Notes under the pieces: generated by a model
Databases searched by the model: none
What the model was told of the DNA's origin: nothing
The model's input: only the letters and a program-made list of their open reading frames with translations
Program-made: the position numbers and the translations under genes
Assembly: GCF_041248615.1 (NCBI RefSeq)
Contig: NZ_CP158426.1
Length of the DNA: 64,000 nucleotides
Direction: 5' to 3' (one strand)
DNA from: Escherichia coli
GTDB taxonomy: Bacteria > Pseudomonadota > Gammaproteobacteria > Enterobacterales > Enterobacteriaceae
Shown here: piece after piece, positions 10,733 through 21,581 of the stretch
How positions within the stretch are numbered: position 1 is the first letter of the stretch
Layout of the letters: every line of letters begins with the position of its first letter

Positions 10733-13700
10733 TACTTGCCTCCCAAAGCATTCTGTAAATCCTGAAGAACGTTTTCTGCTGCTGCTCGATCCCCTGGAGA
10801 TGCTGTTGGATTCTTATCCAACCAATCCTGTAAAGCCCTTGTATAATCCTGTGCTTTCAATACATGTCCTCTACCACCAACTTTTTCACCTGTGGCCAAT
10901 TCATAACGAACAGCATCTGCTGTGCTTCCACTTCCTACTTTTGCATTTGGCCGATAAAGATCGTCTATAATATTTTTCAAATTTGAATCTGTAACGTCAG
11001 GTTTTCCCATCTTCTGTCGCAATTCATCTTTATACCGTTCATGCTGCATACGATCTCTTGCGCTATTCTCATCTTCTGGTCCCCATCCTCCCGGGCTTCC
11101 CGTACTGCCACCACCCAGGCAGTTCTTCTCTTCCTCCGTCAAATCCTTCCCGACATTTGGATTCTCTTTTGATGAATCATCATTTCCAAACACGCTGGAA
11201 AAAGCACCATAGGGATCTCGCCAGAATTCCATTTGACTTTGTGCATTTAATAATTCGGCTTCACCCTGCATCTCCATACTTTTCTCAATCGCGTCCCCAA
11301 CAGCCTCGCGATTGTTGTATATTATTATACCACCACCAATAACCACCGTACCGACTGCCGCACCGACTAACATCCCCGGAGGGCCTCCTACCGAACCGAT
11401 CTCTGTACCTACTTCAGAACCAGTTCCCATGGCAGTTAATGCTCCTGCGCCCAACGCCGCACTTAATCCCAGCGGATCCAGCCGTTGCACCGGGTTCAGT
11501 GGATACGCATACAGGTTCCATCCCCCCTTCAGCCCAATCGGATCCTGGGTGATATACCTCCCCTGTAGCGGGTCATAGTACCGGTGACGGTTGTAGTACA
11601 GCCCCGACTCCTCATCATACTGCTGCCCCGGCAGACGGAGTGACTGTTGAAGGTGCTGCGTGCTTTCCTCTCCCAGCAGGTTTCCCCACTCGTCATACTC
11701 CCCGCGCCACGCCGTTTCCCCTTCCGGGCTGATAAGCGCCTGCGGCAGCCCACGGTGGTCACAGTGGTAAAGATGAAGTTTCCTCTCCGGGATGTATTCC
11801 GCCTCCAGTTGCGCCGCCATCTGTTCCGCCGTCAACCCACACTGTGCAAGCCACTGCTGGCTTTCTTCACTCACGCTGCCCTGCCGCAGTTCCCGCTCCA
11901 GCCTCCCCAGCATCACCGCCAGCTCCGCCGGTAGCGTCACACCCGTGTCCTCCTGCAACACCTCCGCCAGGCTACGGTGCCGCGCCTTCGCCTGTTCGCC
12001 ATTCTCTGTTTCGATTCTCAGGAGCGGCGTGAAGCTCCCCGGCTGGTATACCGTCTGGATACGCGTGGTGTCGGTCTGTACCGTCGTCAGCCTGTCGCCG
12101 TCCCACCCGTACCAGGTCACCTCCGGTTTACGCGACAGCGACATCCACCCCGTCAGGTCACGCTCCCGCCGCCACACCCGTTTTCCCGTCCGGCGGCCCA
12201 GCGGGTCATAGAGGTAGCGGCTCTCCACCTGTGGCTCGCCGTGCTGTATCCGCGTGTAGAACACCAGGCGGTGCTGGCTGTCGTAATGGTAGTGGTGCGT
12301 CCGCTCGTCGTGCATCCGTATCACCCCTTCCGGGATACGGTCCGTCTTCTCCGCCAGCCTGCCGTATTCATCGTAGCGGTAGACATAGTGCGCATCTTCC
12401 GTGATGCGGTTATCCGGCCACGCCGTGAAGGTGCTGTCCGGGTGCAGTTCCGGGTCCGGCAGCCGGTTTCCTGCCGGGTCCGTCGCATACGGGATATCAA
12501 TGTCCAGGTTCGCTGCCGTGGTGTGGACGCCCGTCAGCCTTCCCGTGTCGCTGTAACGGTACTCCCGGCTCTCCTGCGGGCCGCTGATGCGAATTAGCTG
12601 TCCGTTGTCGTTCCAGTCGTAGTCACGGTCAAGCTGCGGAAGGTTCAGGTGCCTGCTCCGGAGCTGGCCGCTGGTATTCCAGGCGGTGGCAAGCTCATAT
12701 GCCTCCCCGCCGAAGCTGCGGGCCGTCTCACGGTGCAGCCGGTCCCGCGTGTACTCGACCAGTGGCGTACCACCCAGCTTCATTCCCGCAAGATAACCGC
12801 TGCCATACGTCAGCCACTCCACCGGCGGCAGACCGTCCGGCTCCTGACGGGTCGCCAGCCCCTGTTCGCTGTACGCGTGCTTCGTCTCATGCTCCCACAG
12901 CATCTCCCCCGTCTCCGGGTTCTCCACCGTCTGCCGTTCGCCCGTCAGGCGGCCTTTATCGTCGTGGCCGTAGTGGACCGCCACACGGTGGCCTTCGCTG
13001 ATATGGCTGATTTCTGTCAGCCAGCCGTGCTCATCATACTGCCACTGCTCCGCCGGGTCGCCGTTCACCGTCCGGTGCGTGATGCGGTCCGACGCATCGT
13101 AATGCCAGAGGGTGATAAGCCCCTCATCTTCACTCTGCGTGAGTTTTCCGGTCAGGTCATAGTGGTAACGTTGCGTCCGCCCGTCAAAGCCGCGCTGCTC
13201 CGTCAGCCTGTCCACCGGGTCATACCGGAACGTGGACTGGCTGCCGTTCTCGTTGGTCAGCACGGTGGTGCGACCGGCGGCGTCATACCCCATGCTGCGC
13301 GTCAGTCCGCCTTCCGTCACACTCACCGGACGCCCGCGTTTATCATATTCGATGGTGCTGCGTTTACCGTCCGGTGATATCGTCGCTGTCAGGTCGCCTG
13401 CGGTGCTGTACTCATAACGGGTTTCACGCCCCTGCGCATCCTTCTGACTGACCAGTTGGCCACGCGGGTTATAACTGCTGTAAGTGCTGATGCCTTCTTC
13501 CCGGTGAACGGCGATTTGTTGACCGTACCGGTCATACTCATACCGCGTCGTGTACCCCGAGCAGTCCGTAAACGCCTGAAGCTGACCGTACCGGTTTCGC
13601 GTTATTCTCCGCATCACCCCGGTTCCGTCTTCCACCGCGCCGGGCAGGCTACTGCGGGGGGAGTCATAAAACCAGCGCGTAATGTTACCGTTGCGCGAGA

Positions 13701-15231
13701 TCTCTTCCGCCAGCCTGCCCTGACGGTCATATTTCCGGCTGCTGCGCAGCCCGTCCGGGTACGTCACTGACGTCAGTTGCAACTGGTTGTTGTAACCATA
13801 CCGTACCGTCCTGCCGTCCGGAAGTATCACTGAAGTCAGCTTTCCAGACGCCATATGCAGCCGATACTCCGTCCGCCGTCCCGCCGCATCCGTCTGCGCC
13901 TTCAGCCTCCCCGCCTCATCATACTCGCTGCGGGTGATGCTCCCGTCCGCATGTTCCTTCTTCACCACCCGCTTCAGGCCACCTTCGCCTTCCGTGTACA
14001 GCACCTCCCGCCTGTTCAGGCTGTCCGTGATGATTACCCGGCTCTCTCCGTACTCAAAGCGGTAGTCCAGCCCCTCCGGGTTGACCTGCTCCGTCACCCG
14101 GCCGGTATCATCATACCGGTAGCGGCTCTCCGGCCTCCCCGCATAATGGTGCGCCACCATCCGCCCGGCGTGCGCCACATCATAAGTAACCCCGCGCACC
14201 TGCGTCCCGCTGCGGTCATACACCGCCCGCAGTTCTCCGCTGGCCGTGTACGTGTAGCGCGCCAGCGGCGCAGTCGGCTGTTCATCCGGGTATGCCGGGT
14301 CGTGTGTCAGCCACACCGCCTCCAGCCGGATACCGTTATCGGCACCGTATTCTGTACCGACGGGCAGCGTATCGGGGAAAACCTGAGAAGAGGAAACAGA
14401 ACGGGGACCGGCAGGGGAAGATAAGGAAGACTCGCGCTGTTTACGGGACGCTTCCGCCCGCTGTGACTGTGTGGTCAGCGCCAGGTGAAAACAGCGGCCC
14501 GCGCCGTCCGTCACCCTGGTGATTTCACCAGCCAGTTCGCCTGCGGCCTCGCGGTGGAAAGTCAGTGAACGCCCGAAGCCGTCCACCACGCCCGTCAGCA
14601 CCCGGTATGCGGGTGGCTCCGGCGGCAACACCTCGTCCACCCCCGGCACCCGCTCCGGCCAGCCGAGTACCAGCCACTGCCCGGTTGTGCTGACAGCCAT
14701 CATATAGGTGTGTGGACTCAGGCGGACCGCTTCCGGCAACGCCCGCCAGAGCCGGGCCAGCGGGTGGCCTTTCTGCTGTTTCAGCACCCCGCCCCGCGCC
14801 AGCCAGAACGACTCGCTGCGGCTGTAGCTTATCTCGCCGGGAAACAGCGGCTCAAAGTGAATGCTCCTGCCGCCGCTGTCGTTGAGTATCAGGCCTTCAT
14901 CGCGTATCTGTAAGCGGATATCGAAGGGGGCTTTCCAGCCGGGACCAAACACCCCCACCGGCGCGGGCGTCCTGGTCCGGTAGCTGCTGTAGGCGCGGAA
15001 AAGAACAAACGGCAGCGGGCCGGACAGTGCCAGGTCGGTTTCAGCAGGCAGCACCTTCGCTCCCAGCAGCGGGTTTACCGGATTACCCTTCTGCTCCTCT
15101 ATCGGGCTGTTGGGACATACCGAACAGGCCACACCGGTTGGCGCACCTATCAGCACCCCTGCTGAACCCTGCACAATATCCAGTCCCTTGCGGGTCATGT
15201 CACCCTGCCGCGCCGCCGGTTTTCCACCCAT
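10732..15231 (-). CDS. PAAR-domain Rhs-family T6SS effector with divergent C-terminal toxin domain
   Basis: 1499-aa ORF; N-terminal PAAR-like domain ([16 protein letters not shown]...), many YD/RHS repeats (RYxYD), Rhs core end with DPxGL motif ([27 protein letters not shown]), then a 243-aa C-terminal tail (about 10735..11463). Confidence 0.9.
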   Translation of the reverse strand: MGGKPAARQGDMTRKGLDIVQGSAGVLIGAPTGVACSVCPNSPIEEQKGNPVNPLLGAKVLPAETDLALSGPLPFVLFRAYSSYRTRTPAPVGVFGPGWKAPFDIRLQIRDEGLILNDSGGRSIHFEPLFPGEISYSRSESFWLARGGVLKQQKGHPLARLWRALPEAVRLSPHTYMMAVSTTGQWLVLGWPERVPGVDEVLPPEPPAYRVLTGVVDGFGRSLTFHREAAGELAGEITRVTDGAGRCFHLALTTQSQRAEASRKQRESSLSSPAGPRSVSSSQVFPDTLPVGTEYGADNGIRLEAVWLTHDPAYPDEQPTAPLARYTYTASGELRAVYDRSGTQVRGVTYDVAHAGRMVAHHYAGRPESRYRYDDTGRVTEQVNPEGLDYRFEYGESRVIITDSLNRREVLYTEGEGGLKRVVKKEHADGSITRSEYDEAGRLKAQTDAAGRRTEYRLHMASGKLTSVILPDGRTVRYGYNNQLQLTSVTYPDGLRSSRKYDRQGRLAEEISRNGNITRWFYDSPRSSLPGAVEDGTGVMRRITRNRYGQLQAFTDCSGYTTRYEYDRYGQQIAVHREEGISTYSSYNPRGQLVSQKDAQGRETRYEYSTAGDLTATISPDGKRSTIEYDKRGRPVSVTEGGLTRSMGYDAAGRTTVLTNENGSQSTFRYDPVDRLTEQRGFDGRTQRYHYDLTGKLTQSEDEGLITLWHYDASDRITHRTVNGDPAEQWQYDEHGWLTEISHISEGHRVAVHYGHDDKGRLTGERQTVENPETGEMLWEHETKHAYSEQGLATRQEPDGLPPVEWLTYGSGYLAGMKLGGTPLVEYTRDRLHRETARSFGGEAYELATAWNTSGQLRSRHLNLPQLDRDYDWNDNGQLIRISGPQESREYRYSDTGRLTGVHTTAANLDIDIPYATDPAGNRLPDPELHPDSTFTAWPDNRITEDAHYVYRYDEYGRLAEKTDRIPEGVIRMHDERTHHYHYDSQHRLVFYTRIQHGEPQVESRYLYDPLGRRTGKRVWRRERDLTGWMSLSRKPEVTWYGWDGDRLTTVQTDTTRIQTVYQPGSFTPLLRIETENGEQAKARHRSLAEVLQEDTGVTLPAELAVMLGRLERELRQGSVSEESQQWLAQCGLTAEQMAAQLEAEYIPERKLHLYHCDHRGLPQALISPEGETAWRGEYDEWGNLLGEESTQHLQQSLRLPGQQYDEESGLYYNRHRYYDPLQGRYITQDPIGLKGGWNLYAYPLNPVQRLDPLGLSAALGAGALTAMGTGSEVGTEIGSVGGPPGMLVGAAVGTVVIGGGIIIYNNREAVGDAIEKSMEMQGEAELLNAQSQMEFWRDPYGAFSSVFGNDDSSKENPNVGKDLTEEEKNCLGGGSTGSPGGWGPEDENSARDRMQHERYKDELRQKMGKPDVTDSNLKNIIDDLYRPNAKVGSGSTADAVRYELATGEKVGGRGHVLKAQDYTRALQDWLDKNPTASPGDRAAAENVLQDLQNALGGK

Positions 15232-15306
15232 GAATCAATTCCTTCTGCTTTTAATATGGTTTATCTGGTCACTGCACCAGTTCCGTTTTAATTTTTTGCA
15301 CCTGAC

Positions 15307-17448
15307 TCAAAATTGCCGCATATCCGGCATTCCGGGGGGTAAATCTTTCGGCACAGGCGCATCCGGTACAGGTTGTGTGGCACCACAGTTCCAGTTAATC
15401 ACCGGCGCATCACCGTTCACATCCGACTCTCCTTCCAGATGAATGTGCGTACCATTGAGAAATATGCTTCCGTCCTTCGTCAGCACCAACCTTGCCTTAC
15501 CGCAGCAGAGTTCCAGATGCTCACCGGCAGAATAAACTGCTGTTTGTCCGGTGTTTTCCTTCATCGTCTTGCCCACCGAGAAGGTGACGTTATTCCCTAC
15601 ATTGACGCTGTAGCCCATTCCCACCATCAGTGATTTATGCAGCCCTACCTGTGAGGACTGCAACAACGCCACCGAGGTATTCATGATGCCGCCTACCGTC
15701 GTCTGGTAAGCCACGCCCACCGTCAGCGCACGAATGATCCCCACCTTTTCAACCTGGTTTGAACCCACTTTGACAATCTGGTTGCTGCCTACCGTTTCCA
15801 CCTGGTTGACACCAACCGTCTGTATCTGATTAACGCCAATGTTCTGGATCTGGTTATTGGTAACGGTGATCGCCTGGTTGTTACCTATTTTTTCGGCATG
15901 GTTGTTTATCACATCCGTGGTGCGGTTATTCAGCACCTCGGTGTTCATGTTCTTCTGCGCGTGGATGTAGACCTGTTCTTTCCCTGTCGCATCGTCAAAC
16001 TTCAGTTCATTAAACCCGCTGCCCTTATAGGTTTTCGAACGAATGGTCATCTGCGTCTTTGTTCCCGGCAGGCTGCCGGGGGTGCGGTTTTCCTGGTGGT
16101 AGGTACGCCCCATAATAATCGGCTGGTCCGGATCGCCGTTGAGGAAGTCCACAATGACTTCCTGACCCACACGCGGTATCGCCAGGTTGCCAAAGCCGGT
16201 GCCTGCCCACGCCTGTGCCACACGGATCCAGCATGAACTGTCCTGGTTTGACGGGTTATAGCGGTCCCAGTTAAATTTCACCCGCACGCGGCCATGTTCA
16301 TCACAGAAGATTTCTTCTCCTGCCGGTCCCGTCACGACGGCGCTCTGCGGGCCGTCCACCAGCGGTTTCAGCAACGGCTGTGGCCGCCATGTTCTGTCTG
16401 CCGGTATTACCGCAAAGTGGTTATTCAGCGTGGTACCTGAACCCCTGCGTCCCGGCACCGCCTGCGGCTGCTCGCCGTGCAGTTCACTTGCCACCACCTG
16501 CCATTCCCGGTTCAGGTTCGCCTGCGGATGCCCCGTCAGCGCAATTCGCCGTCCCGGCCATATCTCCGGCGAACGGCTTGTTCCGCGCGCCACTTCTGCG
16601 TTGTTTCGCCAGCCATCCATCTGCCAGCAGGCAAAGTTCTGCCCGTGGGCACCCTTGAAACGTCCGGGGTAGTCATACACTTCATACTGTGTGCGCTGGT
16701 AATCCTGGTGCTGGCCTTCCTGATCAAAACGCCCTGCCCAGCCGGGTCGTTTAAAGGTGTAGTCTTTGGTCACCACGGAAGATGGGCGGATTTGTGCGCT
16801 GTAGAGGAACTGGCTGATGCATAGGGTGCTCACCTCGGTACGGGTGTTCGGATTCCAGGGGATCTCAAAGGACTCCGGCAGATAACGCACGGTGTCGCAC
16901 AGGACCAGGCTCTGGTCGGTACTTTTTTGCGCGTGCTCCTCATAAAAGAAGATGCCTTCCTCCGCCGCCATCCGGCACAGGAAATCGTAATCGGTTTCGC
17001 CGTACTGGACACAAAACTCACGGGAAGGATGCGGCTCGCTGAACAGCGGACTCCACTCGGTCACCCCGTTTTCTTTCAGGATCGTCGCGAGTATGCTTTC
17101 GATGTCCTCATTCTGGAAGATACGGAAGTTCTGGCGCAGCCCTGTGCGCCACAGCGGTGGGCACACCTTCATGCTGTACAGCATCTGGTTTTTGTCGTTC
17201 TCCCCCAGTTCAAACCAGGTCACCACACCTTTCACCCGGCGCTGTACGTCATCGCCCTGCCATACCGTCAGGTAGGCCATTTTGTCCAGCACCTGCGCAA
17301 ATTCAAGGGAGAGAAACTGCTGGCTGACCAGAGAGAGATCGAGGGAAAAGAGCGAAGAGAGTGACTGGTTCAGATGAAAGGAGACCACCGCAAACGCGTC
17401 CGGTGGCAGGCCGTCCACTTCCAGCGTGAAACGTAATCCGGTTGACAT
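15307..17448 (-). CDS. vgrG: T6SS spike protein VgrG (TssI)
   Basis: 713-aa ORF MSTGLRFTLEVDGLP... with gp27/gp5-like regions and C-terminal beta-helix repeat run (VGxNQ repeats). Confidence 0.92.
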   Translation of the reverse strand: MSTGLRFTLEVDGLPPDAFAVVSFHLNQSLSSLFSLDLSLVSQQFLSLEFAQVLDKMAYLTVWQGDDVQRRVKGVVTWFELGENDKNQMLYSMKVCPPLWRTGLRQNFRIFQNEDIESILATILKENGVTEWSPLFSEPHPSREFCVQYGETDYDFLCRMAAEEGIFFYEEHAQKSTDQSLVLCDTVRYLPESFEIPWNPNTRTEVSTLCISQFLYSAQIRPSSVVTKDYTFKRPGWAGRFDQEGQHQDYQRTQYEVYDYPGRFKGAHGQNFACWQMDGWRNNAEVARGTSRSPEIWPGRRIALTGHPQANLNREWQVVASELHGEQPQAVPGRRGSGTTLNNHFAVIPADRTWRPQPLLKPLVDGPQSAVVTGPAGEEIFCDEHGRVRVKFNWDRYNPSNQDSSCWIRVAQAWAGTGFGNLAIPRVGQEVIVDFLNGDPDQPIIMGRTYHQENRTPGSLPGTKTQMTIRSKTYKGSGFNELKFDDATGKEQVYIHAQKNMNTEVLNNRTTDVINNHAEKIGNNQAITVTNNQIQNIGVNQIQTVGVNQVETVGSNQIVKVGSNQVEKVGIIRALTVGVAYQTTVGGIMNTSVALLQSSQVGLHKSLMVGMGYSVNVGNNVTFSVGKTMKENTGQTAVYSAGEHLELCCGKARLVLTKDGSIFLNGTHIHLEGESDVNGDAPVINWNCGATQPVPDAPVPKDLPPGMPDMRQF

Positions 17449-17614
17449 AGCAACCTCCGGGTTTAAGGAAAAACAGACAGTTCGCTGTTAAAGCGGCTGT
17501 AACAGTACAGTGTTACGCTTGCGTTCAGGCACGCTACCGCCGAAGTTTCCGGCATCCGCCATCTCCCGTGAACGTAACCCCTTACTGACAACCTTTCTTT
17601 TTACGGCGTAATAC

Positions 17615-17647
17615 AAAAACAGCATCCGGCCTAATAGCCGGATGCTG
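17615..17647 (-). terminator. rho-independent terminator/attenuator downstream of hcp
   Basis: Minus strand: cagcatccggc-tatta-gccggatgctg hairpin followed by TTTTTG, between hcp stop and vgrG start. Confidence 0.5.
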
Positions 17648-17657
17648 TTGGCTTAAC

Positions 17658-18176
17658 TTATGCTTCCAGCGGTGCGCGCCAGTCGTCGGCACCGGAGGTG
17701 CCAGACTTGACGTGTTCCCACTCTATTTTGCGGTAGGCCAGTGAAACTTCGAGCAACTGGGTGAACTCGCGTTTCGCCGGATCCTGGCAATGCGGCATAT
17801 GCAGTTTCATATCGACAATCGTCGAATCGGTCAGGCGGGTGGTGAAATAATGCTCCTGTTTGCCTTCCACAGAGGTACGCCACCAGTGAAGTTCAGTGGT
17901 TGGCAGCATTTCGCCGGAGGCCAGTGCGTTGTACATCAGCGGAACAGCTTTGTTCAGCGCCACGGTAAAAATGAACGGCTTGTGAGCACGCTGACCCGCA
18001 GGCTGGCCGGACTGAGGATCGGTCGGGACAGTAACGTTATGCAGGAATTCCTGCACCAGCATCTCGTCTTCGTGCCCCTGCACATAGATGTTGCCGACAG
18101 AATCAGCGGTAAATGCACCTGCAGTAATATTTCCCTGGGTCTGACCAGTGATGGAGATATAACACGGTGTTGGCAT
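17658..18176 (-). CDS. hcp: T6SS tube protein Hcp (TssD)
   Basis: 172-aa ORF MPTPCYISITGQTQGNITAG... typical Hcp N-terminus and length. Confidence 0.92.
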   Translation of the reverse strand: MPTPCYISITGQTQGNITAGAFTADSVGNIYVQGHEDEMLVQEFLHNVTVPTDPQSGQPAGQRAHKPFIFTVALNKAVPLMYNALASGEMLPTTELHWWRTSVEGKQEHYFTTRLTDSTIVDMKLHMPHCQDPAKREFTQLLEVSLAYRKIEWEHVKSGTSGADDWRAPLEA

Positions 18177-18872
18177 TTGTAAACTCCTTGTTAACGTGGT
18201 TAATTACTACTTACAATGACCTGCCGTTAATCCCAGACAGGCAGATGCAGCTCACTTCACGGAACCGCATCATTTTTCAGTATTTTTTACATACAAACCG
18301 AGCTAGAATTTACGGTTGTCGTAAAAACTATTTTTAAAATCATTAAATCTCTTATTCAGCAATAAGTTAATAATATATATCTGGATAACCATACCCAACT
18401 ATTCAAAGTCCGTATTGCCTCCATAAAATGGCCAAAGCTGAATCATGAATAAATATTGTATTTATCCTTTCTGAATTATCATTTTGATAATTTTTGAGAT
18501 ATTCCTTAAAAATACCCACTTAATCAATCACAAAACAAATATATAAACAAGCAATCATCAGATTAGCTTATGTTTAATGAAATTATTATATAATTCAATA
18601 AGTTACATAAAAACTCTATATTTAAATTATTGCCATAATACACCTGACGCGAATTTCGAAGGTTCACACAATCTATTTAACGCTTGCAGAATACCTCTCT
18701 TTACGATCGATAAAAAGTCCTTTTCTTATTTATTTTGAAGCGTAGAATGCGGGGTGATGAAGGAGTGGTGATTTTATTTTCACCGCCATTAGGGCGGCAT
18801 TGCCGATATTTTTTTGCGGTACAAATATGCCGTGTTCATGGCCTGTACGAGATAACATGACGGATCACTTTT
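18177..18872. promoter_or_regulatory. AT-rich divergent intergenic regulatory region between hcp operon and tssB operon
   Basis: About 700 bp, strongly AT-rich, no convincing ORF; separates divergently transcribed T6SS operons. Promoter positions not resolved. Confidence 0.4.
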
Positions 18873-19373
18873 ATGAGCAAAAAATTTGAAGGCAGCGTCG
18901 CGCCTCGCGAGCGTATAAATATATCCTATGTCCCGAAGACGGACGGCCAGACGGCTGAAGTGGAGCTTCCGCTTAACATGCTCGTTGTCGGCGATACCGG
19001 AAATACGCAGGAGACATCCCCACTGGATGAACGTCAGGCAGTTTCCGTTAACAAGCACAATTTCGGTGCGGTGATGGCTGAAGCAGCCATTGGCCTCAAT
19101 TTTACCGTCCCCGCCACGCTGAAGGGAAGCACAACGGACGATGAACTGAATGTGGCGCTGAATATCAAGTCACTGGATGATTTTTCACCGGACAGCGTGG
19201 CCCGGCAGGTTCCGGAAGTTAATAAATTGCTGGAATTGCGTGAAGCACTGACTGCGCTGAAGGGGCCGATGGGCAACCTTCCGGCATTCCGTACCCAGCT
19301 CCAGGCATTGCTGGAAAATGAGGAGTCCCGCGAGCAGTTGCTCAAAGAAATCGGCCAAGTGAGTGGGAAATAA
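18873..19373 (+). CDS. tssB: T6SS contractile sheath small subunit TssB (VipA)
   Basis: 166-aa ORF MSKKFEGSVAPRERINISYVPKTDGQ... typical TssB. Confidence 0.9.
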   Translation: MSKKFEGSVAPRERINISYVPKTDGQTAEVELPLNMLVVGDTGNTQETSPLDERQAVSVNKHNFGAVMAEAAIGLNFTVPATLKGSTTDDELNVALNIKSLDDFSPDSVARQVPEVNKLLELREALTALKGPMGNLPAFRTQLQALLENEESREQLLKEIGQVSGK

Positions 19374-19632
19374 CCACCACTATTTCATTAAACAGGGTTA
19401 TCCAGACATGGCGGCACACAAAAATATCTCCGGGAAAAACCCCCTCTCTGACGAAGACATTTTGCAGGCGGTTTACCGGGTATGTTTCAGCCCGTCCGGT
19501 GAAATCAACCGGGATGGCGTGGATGCGCTGATTACAACACTGGATCGCCGTATCAGTGATCTATTGGATGAGATTATCCATTTTTGTGAGTTTCAGCAGA
19601 GCGCGTCGCACTGGCAGCGCGTACTTCACTGA
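19363..19632 (+). CDS. small ORF encoding a TssC N-terminal-like segment (possible remnant or accessory protein)
   Basis: 89-aa ORF; region DALITTLDRRISDLLDEIIHFCEFQQSASHWQRVL parallels TssC residues DSMIADIDERISRQMDVIIHAPAFQQVESFWRSL encoded just downstream. Expression unverified. Confidence 0.4.
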   Translation: MGNNHHYFIKQGYPDMAAHKNISGKNPLSDEDILQAVYRVCFSPSGEINRDGVDALITTLDRRISDLLDEIIHFCEFQQSASHWQRVLH

Positions 19633-19682
19633 TGGCGAAAAGCCGGTTTCAGAAACACAGCTAAAACAGAAGGATTTTCAGT

Positions 19683-21158
19683 ATGTCTTTACAGGAAGAG
19701 GAACTCGTTTCCAGTCATGCCGGGCAGCCTGAGCAGGCATCGTCGCTGCTTGATCAAATCATGGCACAGACCCGTATTCAGCCCGGTTCGGAAGGTTATG
19801 ACGTTGCCCGCCAGGGTGTGACAGCCTTTATTGCCAGCATCCTGCAATCCACTGCATCTGCCGAACCGGTCAATAAACTGGCCGTGGACAGCATGATTGC
19901 AGATATTGATGAACGCATCAGCCGCCAGATGGATGTCATCATCCATGCGCCTGCCTTTCAGCAGGTCGAGTCGTTCTGGCGCTCACTGAAAACCATGGTG
20001 GATCGCGTTGATTTCCGTGAAAACATCAAGGTCAACGTGCTTCATGTCACCAAGCAGGAACTTCTGGAAGACTTTGAGTTTGCGCCAGAAATTATTCAGT
20101 CCGGATTTTATAAGCACGTTTATTCGTCCGGTTTCGGACAGTTTGGCGGTGAACCCATCGCTGCCGTGCTGGGCGCTTATGAGTTCAAAAATACCGCGCC
20201 TGACATGAAACTGCTGCAATACGTCAGTGCCGTGGGCGCAATGGCGCACGCACCGTTCCTGTCCTCCGTTTCCCCGGAGTTTATGGGGCTGAACTCGTGG
20301 ACCGAACTGCCTAATATCAAAGATCTTTATGCCATCTTTGAAGGTCCGGCCTACACCAAATGGCGCGCCCTGCGAGACTCGGAAGATTCGCGCTATATAG
20401 GGCTTACGGCACCCCGCTTCCTGCTTCGCCAGCCTTATTCACCAACAGATAACCCTGTTAAGAACTTTAACTATCACGAAGATGTCAGCCGGAACCACGA
20501 AGATTATCTGTGGGGTAATACGGCCTGGATGCTGGCGTGCAATGTCGCAGACAGTTTTGCCAAATACCGCTGGTGTCCAAATATCATCGGTCCGCAAAGC
20601 GGCGGCGCAGTGAAAGATCTGCCGGTGCATCTGTTCGAAACGATGGGTCAGATTCAGGCCAAAATCCCAACCGAGGTGCTGGTCACCGATCGCCGCGAAT
20701 TTGAACTGGCTGAAGAGGGTTTTATCACCCTTACCATGCGTAAAGACTCTGATAATGCAGCCTTTTTCTCTGCAAACTCGGTACAAAAACCGAAGCACTT
20801 TCCGGGCAAAGACGCAGAAACCAACTATAAGTTGGGTACGCAGCTTCCTTATCTCTTCATCATCAATCGGTTAGCGCACTACATCAAGGTGTTGCAGCGT
20901 GAACAACTGGGGTCATGGAAAGAAAGGAGCGACTTAGAGAGGGAGCTTAATACCTGGATCCGTCAGTATGTTGCCGACCAGGAAAACCCGCCTGCGGACG
21001 TGCGCAGCCGCAAGCCTCTGCGTGCTGCCAGAGTTGAGGTTATGGATGTGGAAGGCGAACCCGGCTGGTACCAGGTCGCGCTGAGCGTGCGGCCCCATTT
21101 TAAATTTATGGGGGCAAACTTTGAGCTTTCCCTGGTTGGCCGGTTAGACAGGGAGTAA
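19683..21158 (+). CDS. tssC: T6SS contractile sheath large subunit TssC (VipB)
   Basis: 491-aa ORF with conserved TssC motifs and length. Confidence 0.92.
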   Translation: MSLQEEELVSSHAGQPEQASSLLDQIMAQTRIQPGSEGYDVARQGVTAFIASILQSTASAEPVNKLAVDSMIADIDERISRQMDVIIHAPAFQQVESFWRSLKTMVDRVDFRENIKVNVLHVTKQELLEDFEFAPEIIQSGFYKHVYSSGFGQFGGEPIAAVLGAYEFKNTAPDMKLLQYVSAVGAMAHAPFLSSVSPEFMGLNSWTELPNIKDLYAIFEGPAYTKWRALRDSEDSRYIGLTAPRFLLRQPYSPTDNPVKNFNYHEDVSRNHEDYLWGNTAWMLACNVADSFAKYRWCPNIIGPQSGGAVKDLPVHLFETMGQIQAKIPTEVLVTDRREFELAEEGFITLTMRKDSDNAAFFSANSVQKPKHFPGKDAETNYKLGTQLPYLFIINRLAHYIKVLQREQLGSWKERSDLERELNTWIRQYVADQENPPADVRSRKPLRAARVEVMDVEGEPGWYQVALSVRPHFKFMGANFELSLVGRLDRE

Positions 21159-21164
21159 CACGCC

Positions 21165-21578
21165 ATGATACCGGATCGGGAAAGAACCACAGGTTCTCTT
21201 TTTGAGCGTATGGAAGCCTCACCGGCCAGAAACTGGCAAGGAAGCAGTATTCATGCGCTCAGGCAGTCCATTCGCCAGAACCTGCGAAACATTCTTAATA
21301 CCCGATCCGGTAGTTGCCGGGGTGCGCCTGAACTGGGCATTGATGAACCTGAAGGGGCTGAAAACTTCCGCGAATCAATGAGTCTGGCCATCGCGCAATG
21401 TATAGAACGCTATGAACCCCGGATCTCACACGCTGAAGTGCAGGCTGTGGTTTCATCCGCCGCCAGCCCGCTGGATATGACGTTTCGTATTACAGCCTGG
21501 GTGACATTTAACGAAACGCATGAGGTGCTTGAATTTGATATGGCACCGAATGGCAGCCAGCATTACCGGGTGGACTGA
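21165..21578 (+). CDS. tssE: T6SS baseplate protein TssE (gp25-like)
   Basis: 137-aa ORF directly after tssC; size and position typical of TssE. Confidence 0.8.
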   Translation: MIPDRERTTGSLFERMEASPARNWQGSSIHALRQSIRQNLRNILNTRSGSCRGAPELGIDEPEGAENFRESMSLAIAQCIERYEPRISHAEVQAVVSSAASPLDMTFRITAWVTFNETHEVLEFDMAPNGSQHYRVD

Positions 21579-21581
21579 CAA

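Noticed and set aside
11058-14913. Many 60-240-aa plus-strand ORFs overlapping rhs
   Set aside because: They are antisense to a 1499-aa gene with clear Rhs repeats; GC-rich antisense frames are often open by chance, and none shows motifs or RBS context.
15373-17364. Plus-strand ORFs overlapping vgrG
   Set aside because: Antisense to a well-supported VgrG gene; same reasoning.
18789-19058. 89-aa minus-strand ORF spanning the tssB start
   Set aside because: Antisense to the tssB 5' end and AT-rich promoter region; no RBS or conserved motif; likely chance ORF.
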